A DNA stretch of 64,000 bases from assembly GCA_963774265.1 (NCBI GenBank), contig CAVZDU010000003.1, forward strand, positions 96,001 through 160,000. Direction: 5' to 3'. Each line of letters begins with the position of its first letter. Position 1 is the stretch's first letter. The notes below the pieces were generated by a model. It was not told where the DNA came from, did no database searches, and saw only the letters and a list, made by a program, of their open reading frames with translations. Source of the stretch: an uncultured Chloroflexia bacterium (GTDB lineage: Bacteria > Chloroflexota > Anaerolineae > CG2-30-64-16). This document shows positions 33,245-44,242 of the stretch, in pieces. A program made the translations under genes and the position numbers.

Positions 33245-34756
33245 TTAGCCCTTGACTGTCGAGGCGGCATCGCGACGGACGAGCCCGACCACGGCCATCC
33301 CTAACCCCAGGTAGCTCCACAGCAGCACGCTCATGTGCGGATACACCAGGTTGAACAGGTAATGGTCGAAGATGCCGCCGACCAGCGCGCCGACCACGGC
33401 CGCGGCCAGCCCCAGCAGCAGCGCCTCCTGGCGGGCACACACCGACTCCCCGTCTTCGTGCCCTCTGGGTCCTTTGCGTCTTTGTGGTGAACTAACCGTC
33501 CGCCGCCACGCACGCCACAGGCTGACCAGGTAACCGACGATTACGAGGAGGAACGCCAGCACCCCCAACACGCCCATGATCTCGGCCATGAGCAGATACA
33601 GGTTGGACACGCCGACGTAGAGGTCCGCATCGGGCGAGCCCGCAAAGCCCACGCCGAACCAGGGATACCGGCTGATGAGCGCGAGCGCGTCCTTGTACTC
33701 CCCCAGCCGCATCAGCGTGGCGCGGTCCTGCAGCTGGATGCCTTCGATGAAGCGCGCGACGTACGCCTGCGTCTGGGGCAACAAGAGGAGCAGCAGCCCA
33801 CCCCCCAGCGCCAGGAGCAGGAGCTTCCGGTAGCGCAGCACGCCGATGAGGAGCAGCCCCACGGCCAGCCCGACCAGCGAGCCGCGGCTGTAGGTGAGGT
33901 AGAGCGCCAGCAGCTCGACCAGCAGGAACAGCGCCACCAGGCTGCGGTGGAACAGGGGCGCAGGGCTGACCAGCTGCGGTGTGGTCAGGCCGATGATCAG
34001 GATCAGGAACCCGCCCAACACGTTCGGGTCGACCATTGTCCCGATCGCGCGCATGGGGTTCGCGGTGTCGTCCTCGATGTAGCGCAGTGCGCCCGCGCCG
34101 CCCGGATACCCGAACCGGCCCAGTGCGTTGAGGATGCGAATGGTCATGGTGTCGGGGATGACATAAAAAACGACCGCGATGGCCGCGGCCGCCGCGCCCG
34201 CGAGCATGATGAGCCGCGCCAGGAGCTCGGTGTCCCTGTTTGTCCGCAGGGCGTTGACGAGGACGAAGAAGAGCCCGATGGCCATCACCAGCTCCGCGAA
34301 ATTGCGGATGGTCGTCACCGTAGGCCGGCTGAACCGGAGGCCGTTGGCGAACGCGAAGAACGCGACGAGCATGAAAAGGAGCACGGCCGCGCCGATGGGA
34401 GTGCCGATCAACTCGCGGTCGCGCCGCGTGGCCACGCGCATGATCCAGACGAAGTACACGGCCAGCAGGCCCAGGTTGAGGAACGTTGGCGTGAAGCCGA
34501 TCTTGAAAGGCAGCGTGGCGAACGGCAGGAATCCGATCACCGCGAACAACGCCACCAGGCCCCAGCGAATATCCCGCAGCATCAGGACGCCGAAGACCAG
34601 CACGAGGAACGCCGCCGTGCCATAGAGCGGCCCGCCGATGGCCACCAACAACGCGGCCGCCAGGCTGCCCATCCCGATCAGCAGACCGCGGGCCAACCCG
34701 GCCGTCCGCGCATGGGGGCTGAACAAGGCCGATTCGAAGCGATCCAAAATCCGCAT
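33245..34756 (-). CDS. O-antigen ligase/polymerase (Wzy_C) family protein
   Basis: RAIGT..DPNVLGG, LTYSRG, R...YKDAL.LI..YPWFGVG, NLYL; about 12 TM. Confidence 0.85.
   Translation of the reverse strand: MRILDRFESALFSPHARTAGLARGLLIGMGSLAAALLVAIGGPLYGTAAFLVLVFGVLMLRDIRWGLVALFAVIGFLPFATLPFKIGFTPTFLNLGLLAVYFVWIMRVATRRDRELIGTPIGAAVLLFMLVAFFAFANGLRFSRPTVTTIRNFAELVMAIGLFFVLVNALRTNRDTELLARLIMLAGAAAAAIAVVFYVIPDTMTIRILNALGRFGYPGGAGALRYIEDDTANPMRAIGTMVDPNVLGGFLILIIGLTTPQLVSPAPLFHRSLVALFLLVELLALYLTYSRGSLVGLAVGLLLIGVLRYRKLLLLALGGGLLLLLLPQTQAYVARFIEGIQLQDRATLMRLGEYKDALALISRYPWFGVGFAGSPDADLYVGVSNLYLLMAEIMGVLGVLAFLLVIVGYLVSLWRAWRRTVSSPQRRKGPRGHEDGESVCARQEALLLGLAAAVVGALVGGIFDHYLFNLVYPHMSVLLWSYLGLGMAVVGLVRRDAASTVKG
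33454..33491 (-). repeat. CAC/AAG-type short repeat, in frame in a loop of the O-antigen ligase gene
   Basis: TTCACCACAAAGACGCAAAGGACCCAGAGGGCACGAAG (SPQRRKGPRGHE); 3' part closely matches the copy at 63749-63776. Confidence 0.8.
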
Positions 34757-34791
34757 AATCCTCAATCTTGAATCTTCAATCTTCAATCTCG
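34757..34791. repeat. Heptamer tandem repeat, 5 units
   Basis: AATCCTC AATCTTG AATCTTC AATCTTC AATCTCG. Confidence 0.85.
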
Positions 34792-37700
34792 TAGCTCGCC
34801 AGCACCACGTGATCGTTCCCGTCAAGGGTTTGCAGCCGCGGCGAGCCCTCCACGGTGGGGTCGTAGAGCGCAGCGATCAGGCGATAGGATCCGGCAGGCA
34901 GGGTGCGCGCCAGGGGCAGCGAATAGGTCGCCGGCGCCGCCTCCAAATCCGCCTGACCGAAGGGTTGGTCGATCTGCGCGATCACTTTGCTCCCTGCGTC
35001 GAGCAACTGCAGGGTAAGCTTTTCGTTCCCGCTGAGACTCTGCTGCCCATCCTGCCATTGCATAGTGATCGACACCACGTCTCCCGGAGAGAGTCGCTCG
35101 CTGAGGACCGCAGCGCCCGCCAGCTGCAACCCATTTGCGAAGGAGATCGCTGCTGCCGGCAGCTCTGAGGGCGGTCGCTCGTAGACCCGCACGCGCCAGT
35201 CGCCGACCGGCGTCTCGCCGATCAGCTTGTAGGCCTCCTCAAGCGTCCTCGCTGCGATTTCGCTGTCATCCCAATTTTCGCTCGGCTGGACCGCAACAAC
35301 CACTCGTTGGACGTCCTGCGCCGCCAATTGGTTCACCAGCGCACGCGCTCTGGACTCATCGTTGGCAGCCGGCGGCAGGACGAAATGATCCACCCCGCTC
35401 GTGACATAATACCATAGAGTGGGGTCGGGGTAAGTCTGGGCGAGGCGCACCTTTGCCTCCGGCCAGCTGCGGGAATATCGATCCAGCACCGCAGCAAGCT
35501 GGCGCCACCCGCGGGATTTGGAATAGGCCGGGTCATCGTAGTAATGTAGCAGGGATGCGAGCGTCGCCACAAGCAGGACAGCGAGCAGGGCCGCCCGAAC
35601 GTAGACGACCGGACGATCTGCCGCGCGGCCCCCCGGGCGGCCGGCCACCCCCGCGATCATCAGGAGCAATCCCGGCAACGCCGCGATGATATAGCGTTCG
35701 TTGAAGATGGGCCGGGCGAGGGCTCCGGCCCAGGTGATCAGGAGCGGTGCGAGCAGGTAGGGAACCAGCAGCCACAACGCCCGGCGGCCGGCGGCCGACC
35801 TGGCCAGCCTGAGCGCGCCGAGGAGCGCCAGGATCGCGGCAAGGACCCCGACCGCCGCTCGTTGGCCGGCCGGCATGGTTTCGCCCACCGCGAATACGCC
35901 CAGCGACCGCAGCCACAAGGAGACAAAGCCAGGCGAGTCGCCGTTGCCCACGTACCCGGTGAGGGTCGACCGGGCCGCGATCAGCCAGGGCAGGTAGAGT
36001 AAGCCCGTGGCGACCTGGCTGGCCAGCCACGGCGCCAGGAGCCGCCGCTCCTCGCGGTTCGCGATGGCCCGGCCCAGCACAAAGAGGTTCTGTGCGACGA
36101 TGATGTACGCCGCGTAGTAGTGCGTTTGCAGCGCCAGCCACGTGACGACCACATACGCCGCCCAAACTGCCGTCGCGCCCCGCGTGCGCCCGCACGTCGG
36201 GGCGACCGGGGTAGGGGCGACCGGCCGGTCGCCCCTACGGATGGCGCGCGCGCCAGCGCCTCCAGCATCAGCAGGGTGCTTGCCAGCGTCAGGGCGAGGC
36301 TGATGCTGTACATCCGCGCGTCCTGGCTGTGCCAGATCGCATACGGGCTGATCGCCAGCAGGCCCCCCGCCAGCGCCGCGGCACCCTTGCCCAGCCCTAG
36401 CCGCCGCGCCAGCCGGTAGATCAGGGCGACCGCCAGCACGCCGAACCACGCGGACACGAAACGCAGCGCAAATTCGGTGTGGCCGGCCAGCTTGAGCCAC
36501 TCCCCCTGGACCACGTAACTCGCCACCGGGTGCGGCTCAGCCAGCTCGATCGTCTGCCGGACGAGCTTCGGCAGCGACTCCAGGCTGAACAGCCGCCCCA
36601 GCGCCTCATCGCCGCGCAGCTCCTGGTACCCCAGGCGGAAGGCCCGCAGGCCGAACGCCACCAGGACGACCGCGGGGGCGACCAAACCTCCCAGGGCTCG
36701 AAGACCTGGCAGGTTTACACCCCGGCGCCTCACGACCATCGCGCCTGCAAGCAGGACGATCGTCAGCCCGCTGATCAGCAGCCCCCAGCGCACGCTTGCC
36801 GGTCGGTAGCTCAGCTCTAGGGTCTTTTCGCCCGCGGCCACGGGCAGGCCGAGGAACGTAAGGTTGGTCCGCAGGACCGGCGCCTCCACTGACGAAGCGT
36901 CCTGAGCGGGCGACGCTTGCATCGCGCGCAGCGGAGTCGAAGGATCGCCGTCCTGAATCGTCGCATGCCAGTCCGGCAGCCAGTTTTCGCTGACCACCAG
37001 GTAGCCCCCGTATTCACTCTTGAGATGGATGCGCAGGTGACCAGGGGCAATCTGCTCCACCTGCACCTCACTCGCGCCCGCGTTGGCCAGGATGCCGTCT
37101 TCCAGCCCGATTGGGCGGCCTGACCCGTTGACGGCCGGCGGCAGCAGCGCGGTCTGCGCCAGGTTCAACCCCCCGTCGCTGAGCCGCGGGAGCGCGGCTG
37201 CGTCATCCGCAGTAGCCAGCGAGTTGACGACCCAGGCCCGCGGATGGTTTTCCGCCAGGCGATGGACCAGCGAAGCAGTCTCGGAGGCGGGTGCGGCAGA
37301 CCCGCCGGGGGCGCCCGTCTGCTCGGCGCCGGGCAGCTCCGCAACCACCTGGCTGGCCGTGTAGAGGTCATCCCGGGACGTTAGCACGTATTGCGTGCCC
37401 GTCAGCTGCCAGAGCCGCATCTTGGGAAAGTCGCCCAGCAATGCCTCATAACGCGCAAGACGAAGGGGGCTGGTGCCCGCCACGTCCTCGACGCCGACCA
37501 GCATGCCATAGTCCGCGGGCAGGATGTTCTCGTTCTGTACGCGGGGGGCCGCACCCTCGCTGTTCGTGGCAAGGATCGTCCGCAGCGCAAGGGCCTCCCC
37601 CTGAGGGAGGACAGGCCGGTCGCCTAGATTCGTGCCCACGTTCGCCACGAACAGCTCGAGCAGGACCGCGGCTGTGACCAGGACTGCGGCCGTCTTTCGG

Positions 37701-39109
37701 GGCAGCGGCGGCAGCGTCACGACGAGCATCACCGCGATCACGGCCCCGCCGACAATACGGCCGCGCAGCAGTGCCGCCTGGCCCATTGCGTCCAGCGTCG
37801 GGCCCAGCACCAGGCCGATCGCGATCAGGGCTGCGGCGGCGATGGCCACCCAAACCAACCCGGCCAAGCGGCGCTTTCGATGTGATAAGGCGAAGAGCGC
37901 GGACGCCCCGTACGCGGCGGCGATGCTCAAGGCGAAGGCACAGAGGTAAGCCGCACGCTCCTGCCCCCGGAACATGCTCCAGCCGGGCGCCCACCGGTAG
38001 AGCAGCGGATACAGAAAGCTGTGGCTCCCATAGCTGGCGAGCAGCGCCGCCACTGCAACCGTCACGAAGAAAAGCAGGGGCGCGTTCGCGTGCGCGTCCA
38101 CAGGCAGGCTCGCACCAGCCTGGCCATCCGCAGGCACCGGCCTGCGCCGGAACAAAGACGCGATGCCTGAAACCGCAGCCAGCAGTGCCAGTCCCAACCC
38201 CACGATTCCAACGAAAAGCGGCGAGAATTGGCTCACCACGCCGGGTGCGAACATCTGCCACGTGTCTTTGAGCGGAAACCCACCGCTGACGAACGCGTAA
38301 TCCACATTGGCCCGCACGCTGAGGGACGTGAACTCCAGGCTGGGCCACAACTGCGCCGCGCTCAGCCCCAGGAACAGCGCATAGAACGCCGCCACCTTCG
38401 GCAGCTGCGCCCACCTGACTCCCGCCCCCGTCACAAACAGCAGCGCGATCCAGCCCGCCACACAGTAACTCAGGAATAGGAAGGTCTGCGGATGGCCCCC
38501 GAGGAAGGCGACCGTGTAGGCTCCCGCGGCCGCGACCCACCACCGCCAGCGCGTCCCCCCAACGAACGCGCGTCGCAAGCACCACAGGACCATGGGCAGC
38601 CAGATCGCAGTGCGGAGGACGGCCGTCTGCAGGGGTGGATAGCCGGTTAGATACCCCGACAAGGCAAACAGGCAGCCGGCAAGAAAGGCCGCGGCCCGGT
38701 TTTGCACGAGGTCTCGGGCGAGCAGGTAGGTGAAGAAGCCGGCCAGGGCAATCTGCAGGGCCGCTTCGACCTGCAGCCAATACAGCCGGGACATGGCCTC
38801 GCCCCAGGGCAATGTCAGCCCGAGCACCAGGTTGCTGATGGGGTAGAAGACGGCGGCCTGGATATCCGCCAGGAACGGGTGCCCTGAGAAGGTGTACGGG
38901 TTCCAGATCGGCAGCCGCCCCGCCAGGATTTCGGCGCGCTGGAACAGACTGAACGGCAGGAAGTGATCCGTGAAGTCGCCGGTCGGAAACCAGCGCAGGC
39001 CGAGCAGGATGGGAGCATAAAAGGCCGCGGTGAGGGCCAGATAACCAAGCAGAGCGATCAGATCGTGGCGCCGGCTTGAGGTAATCGCCCGTAGCCGCCT
39101 AGACATCAT
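34776..39109 (-). CDS. Very large YfhO-like plus GT39/PMT-like glycosyltransferase fusion (frame change near 36200)
   Basis: N-half has GDF, PIWNPY.FSGHPFLAD and LVVSENW.P.W (YfhO-like); second half has LRGDE, EPHP, LRFVS, QDARMYS; C-terminal Ig-like domain. Confidence 0.75.
36211..36238. repeat. Perfect 28-bp GTAG palindrome (REP-like), with a half copy at 36196-36209
   Basis: GTAGGGGCGACCGG|CCGGTCGCCCCTAC; encodes VGATGRSPL. Confidence 0.92.
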
Positions 39110-39164
39110 TCGAATATCATACCACGGAATTGCGCCGGGCGCTTGCTTTGACAGATGCCGTGAA

Positions 39165-41698
39165 ATGGGCTACAAGGTGAGCACTCTGACGCACGGGTCG
39201 TCTATGCCGCGAGCTAATCACAAAGCCACAGAGGGCAGAGAGAGCACAAAGAGACCGGGCTGGATCGCACAGACGCTGCTCCAACCCGATCAGTGGGGCA
39301 ATGCCGCGCTGGCTGCCATCGGCGGATATTCCGCCGCCCTGGCCATCTGGGAGATCAGCCATCTGGCGATCCTCTCGGACTTTATCTTCCACAACGATCT
39401 TCCCCTCCCTGCGCGGCGTGACCTCGCGGTGTTGCTGCTGGCAGGGATCGGACTCGGGCTGATCGCTTGGCTGGGACTGGGCCTGATTCTTGCGCGGCCA
39501 CGAGGCCTGTCCCTGGGACGGGCGTTTTCGCGTGCGGCCAGGCTGCTGTTCCTTGCCGCCCCGCTGTGCTTCTTGCCCGTGCTCGCGATCCCGACCCCGC
39601 AGGATACGGCCCCGTTCTTCGCGTTGGCCTGCCTGGCCGGCGCGATCGTGACCGCCGCACTGGCCCTGAAGCTGCTGCTGCAGCCGCTGCCGGCCAACCC
39701 GGCGGACGGCCTGGCGGCCGGTCCGGCGCCATCCGAGCCGGATCCGGAGCGTGGCGACGCCGGCAGCGAGGCAAGGCCGCGAACTCCCTCCACCCGACCG
39801 CCGGCCTCCCGCAGTGGATGGGCCTTGGCGCTGGGGCTCGCCCTCGCTTACGCGCTCTTCATGAGCGTGCTCACGGTTGCCCGCCACAACAGCTTTCTGA
39901 CCAACGCTTTCGATCTTGGCATCCATGACCAGGCAATCTATAACATCCTGCATAGCGGCTATATGCGCTCGACCCTCTATGGCACGTATGCAATCGACTA
40001 CATCGGCGACCATTTTTCACCGATCCTGTATCTGCTCGCTCCACTCTATGCCCTTTTTCAGGATGCGCGGACGCTGTTGATCCTCCAGAGCCTGTTCCTG
40101 GCCGCCGGCGCACTGCCGCTTTACCTGCTCGCGCATCTCAAGACCCGGAGCACCTGCCTCGCCCTGACACTGGTGATCGCCTACCTGTTCCATCCCGCCC
40201 TGCACGGGGTCAACCTGGACGACTTCCACCAGATTGCACTGGTGGTTGTCTTCCTGCTGGCAGCCCTGTACTTCCTGGAGACCGATCGTGACGCACCATT
40301 CCTCATCACGCTGGCGCTGGCGTTGATCGTTAAAGAGGAAGTCGCGCTCACGGTCGCGGCGATTGGCGCCTATGCATTTCTGGGCAAGCGCCGTTATCGG
40401 TTGGGCGCCGCGGTGGCGTTAGCCGGACTGGTCTATTTTGCCGTTGTGGTCGGCTGGGTGATGCCCCACCTGGGCGGCACGCCCCAGATCGATACGCGTT
40501 TCGGCGACTACATGGCGCCTGGGACCGACGGCGCGAGCGGCGTTGCGTGGACGTTGTTCACCAATCCCTGGTTCACGGCCGTGCATGTCTTCGGCAACCA
40601 GGCCAAGCTCCTCTATCTTCTGCAGGTCTTCTTGCCGGTCTTGTTTCTGCCCTTGCTTGCCCCGGGCGCCGCATGGCTGGTGGCGCTGCCTGCGCTGGCC
40701 GTGCTCCTGCTCACGAATGCACACACCCAGTACGACATCACCTACCACTACTCAGCGCATCTGCTGCCGTCGGTGTTTTTCCTCGCCGCCCTGGCCCTGG
40801 GCCGTGTCGCACGGAAAGGTCCGGCGCTGAAACGCGCCCTTGCGGCGGCCTTGCTCGTCTCTGGCCTCGGCATGAGCTATCTTTACGGCCAGATCCTGCC
40901 CAGGGCTGGACTGCAAATTCCCCAACCGAACTCCCACGATAGGGTTGCCGCGAGTTTCTTCAACGAGATCCTCGCGACGCGGTGGTGAGCACCATGAGCG
41001 CCTTTGCACCGCATCTGACGACGCGCAGGGACATCTACCTGTTCCCCGATGTGGCCGATTCCGAGTATCTGCTGCTGGACACCGACCTGCACGCCAACTA
41101 CTGGCCGCATGAGGGCCTCAAGGCGCGCGATCGATCCCTGCGGGACATGCTCCCTCATTTGACCAGCGGCCAGTTCGGAGTGGTGCGGGAAGAAGATGGG
41201 GTGATCCTCTTGAAGCGGGGTTATGACCTGGCGGGCAACGCAGACGCCCTGCGCGTGATGTTCTCACCCAGCCTGGAGGCCGAGGAGCTGCGTTCAGACT
41301 TCGACGGTTCCCTTGTCACCGATGTGGCTGCGAGCGGTGGGCAGGCTCGAGCTGTCACGCCTGCACAGCGCCGGGAGGATGGCAGGAACGGACTCGTCTA
41401 CGGTCCCTACCTGGACCTCCAACCCGGCGTCTATCGGGCGACGTTCATCATGAAGGTGGGAAGCCGGCCGCCGGAACGGGTCGTCATGATAGACGTCTTC
41501 ACGCATAAGGACGGCTACCCGCGCGTTGAGCGAGAAGTTCGAGGAACAGATTTCGCCCAGGCCGGCGCCTACCAGGCATTCACAGTCGACTTCAACACGA
41601 GCGGCCAGATCCTTGAGGACGTCGAGGTTCGCGCACTCTATGACTTCAACGCCGATCTCTCCGTGGATCGGGTGGACATCGAATACCTCGGGCCGTGA
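39165..41698 (+). CDS. DUF2079-family membrane protein (GT-C-like) with C-terminal carbohydrate-binding-like domain (frameshift near 40980)
   Basis: AFDLGIHDQ, GDHFSPI, DFH, KEE, YHYS motifs; continues in ORF 40982-41698 (YGPYLDL.PG.YRA.F). Confidence 0.78.
39216..39251 (+). repeat. CAC/AAG-type short repeat, in frame at the N-terminus of the DUF2079 gene
   Basis: AATCACAAAGCCACAGAGGGCAGAGAGAGCACAAAG (NHKATEGRESTK). Confidence 0.75.
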
Positions 41699-41711
41699 AG
41701 GATCGGAAGCA

Positions 41712-44239
41712 CTACGGGAGCGTCACTGTGCCCAGCGGAACCCTTTGGTCTGGGGACGCGGGGTCGACTGACAAGTTCCTGAAGCCCGGCGTTTCCCCGG
41801 GGCGCACTTCATACATGCCGGCGCGAAGCTCGAATTGCCCGGCCGATCCTGAGGGCAGAGTCAAGCGATGGGTGTCCGCGATCAGCTCGCCCTGCTTCCA
41901 GCGCGTCGTGGGCGTGTACCCGCCCACCGGATCCCCGTCGTGCTGGCCGATCACAGTCCCATTCGCGTCCAGCAAGTGCACGAAGACTTTGTAGTTCTGA
42001 TTGGTCTCCCGCAAGGCAAACCAGTATAGCGTGACGTCGAGCGCACGCTCGCCCTTCGCCGGGACGACATCGTAGGCGATCAGCTGCGCCACATCTTCCA
42101 CCGTGCTCTGAACGGGCGTTGGGGTCCACGTTTTGACGCCCAGCCCTGCGCCGTTGGCGATGATGATCGCAATTAGCCCGACCAACAGGGGCGCGACAAT
42201 CGTGACGCCGGCTCGATCGCGGCGGCGCATCTGCCAGCGATGAGTCCAACCTCTGAGCGCCCAGCCTAGCGCGCTCAGCGCCACGATGAAGCTCGCGGCC
42301 ATCGCAGCGCGCGTTGGGCCGAAGCGAAAAGCGAGCTGTGCGGTATCGGGAAGCACATCAACGGTCACCAGGCCCATCTCCCCGGAGGCGTAGGTGACCG
42401 TTCGCTTGCCGTCGACGAAGCTCTGCCACCCCGGCAGGTGGAACTGGTGGAGCCGCACCGTCGGGGGCGCGGCCGATTCGAACTTCAGATCGAGGCGGTC
42501 ATAGCCGGCCGACGCCAGGTGCAGCCGCGGCAGCGGCGAGAGCACCGGCCCGCTTTGCGCTCCCTCCAATGGGCGCCCCAGCGCCCATCTTTGCTCCTTC
42601 ACCGTTCGCGGCAGGAACTCACCCGTCCACGTCGCGCCCACCTGTCCCGCGTCCGCATCCTCTTGCCACATGGCCGCGGTCCCCCACGCCTCAGCCGCGG
42701 TCAATGCGAGCGGCTTAGCCGGCGTGCACGCTAACCCACTGAGCATGTAGACGGCGGCCAGTAGCGCAATCAGCGCGATTTGCACGTTGTGAGGGCTGGC
42801 GCCGAAGAGGCCGGCCTGTGACGCCGTAGGCGCCCCGTCCCCCTGCACGAACGGGTCGGCCACAGGACTGCCTGCGGTCGTGTGGCCTGCTTCAGCAGGC
42901 GTGGCATCGTAGCCTGGGGTTTCAACCCCAGGCGGGTCTCAGGGTGCGACCCCCCGCGCACCCCCATGAGCGGACCCACGCGCGCCCTCACGCACCGCTC
43001 CACGTGCGACCCCCGGCGCAGCCACAACCACGCCTACCGCGATCGTCAGCCCCAGAGCAACCAGCGCCATAAACCGCCAGGGGTACTGGAGCTGCGCCAG
43101 GACCGGCTGGAACAGCTGCCAGACCGGAAGCGACGGCGTACTCGTCATCAGGGCCGCGGCGCCGGCCAGTGCGAGCCCGTAAGCCGCGGATACAGCACCG
43201 GTCATCGGCTTTCGCGTCGCCCAGCGCCACACCAGCCACCCGGCGATTCCCACGAGCAGCAGACGCGGCCGGCCACCCCAGCGGATGTTCCGCCGCGCCG
43301 GTTCCGTGCGACAAGCGATACCGGTACAGCGGCAGCGTCTGGATCAACTGTCCCAGGGGCGCAAGGTGGCGCACATACCCGTCGGACGGCCCCAGCCCGA
43401 TGCCCACATAGCGGCTTTCAGCCAGGAACGGCAGCCACACCCACGCGCTCAGGCCTACCGCCAGGACTACGCCTGCGGCCGCGCCCCAAAACCGCCGCCA
43501 ATTACCGGTGGCGGCCGCCAGGGTGAGGACCAGGGCAACCCAGGCGGGCGCCATCAACAGCGCAGTGAGGTTGTGCGTGTAAACCAACCCGGCCCATGCC
43601 AGGCCGCCCCATAGATAGGCCGGCACGGGGTGTGCTTCCCGAAATGCCTCGACGGTGGACCAGACGATGAGCGGCAGGAAGATGAACGCCAGATGCTCCG
43701 GCAGCGCGCCGCGCAGGTAGGCGTCGGCCAGGTGATACGGAAAATAAGTGTAGACAATGGCTGCCAGGACCCCGCCCGTTTTTCCCCACAGGTACTTGCC
43801 CATGCCGTAGGCGGCCAGTGCGGCCAGCACAAAACCGAGGGCGATGGTCCACTCAGCGGCGGCCGCCGGCGACATGCCAAGGACAGCCAGCAGCGCGCCC
43901 GGCACGTAGCTCAACGGCGCGTAGAAGTTGAGGACCGCCTGGCCGTACCCAAAGCCGAACTGTGGAAATAGCCGGGGGTAGAGGACCCCATGCTCCCAGG
44001 CATCGGCGAGGGCCGCAATACGGTACACGTGGAAGAGCCCGTCGTCGGAGACGAAGAAACCGTGAGGGAGCAGGGGGACGAGCGCGGGCAGCACCAGCAG
44101 CAGCGGCAACAGCCACCCCGCGCGCGGATTGCGAGTGACCCGCAGGGCGGCTTCGCCAGCTGCGCGAAGAACGCCAGGCCACGTTCGCGTTGTTCGCGCC
44201 TTCGCGTGCGTCCTGCTGGGCAGGGTCTTTGTGGTTCAC
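41712..44239 (-). CDS. PTPS-related/YfhO-like membrane glycosyltransferase with C-terminal Ig-like domain (interrupted by indels and an in-frame TGA at 42939-42941)
   Basis: SDDGLFH, YPRLFP.FGFGYG...NFYAPL, RGALPE, QYPWRF, GEFLP, LYW...NYKVFVHLLD across ORFs. Confidence 0.72.
42885..42933 (+). repeat. 49-nt double-hairpin GTAG element, copy 1
   Basis: GCCTGC-TTCA-GCAGGC, 8 nt, GTA-GCCTGGGGTT-TC-AACCCCAGGC. Confidence 0.88.
44151..44236 (-). repeat. CAC/AAG-type repeats forming the 5' end of the 41712-44239 gene
   Basis: GTG start followed by AACCACAAAGAC (MNHKD), then CACGCGAAGGCGCGAACAACGCGAAC, similar to the 13689 copy. Confidence 0.65.
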
Positions 44240-44242
44240 TTC

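Noticed and set aside
42939-42941. Selenocysteine recoding of the in-frame TGA followed by a hairpin
   Set aside because: The downstream hairpin is the 49-nt repeat, the position is a low-complexity loop with no conserved Cys, and this family is not known as selenoproteins.
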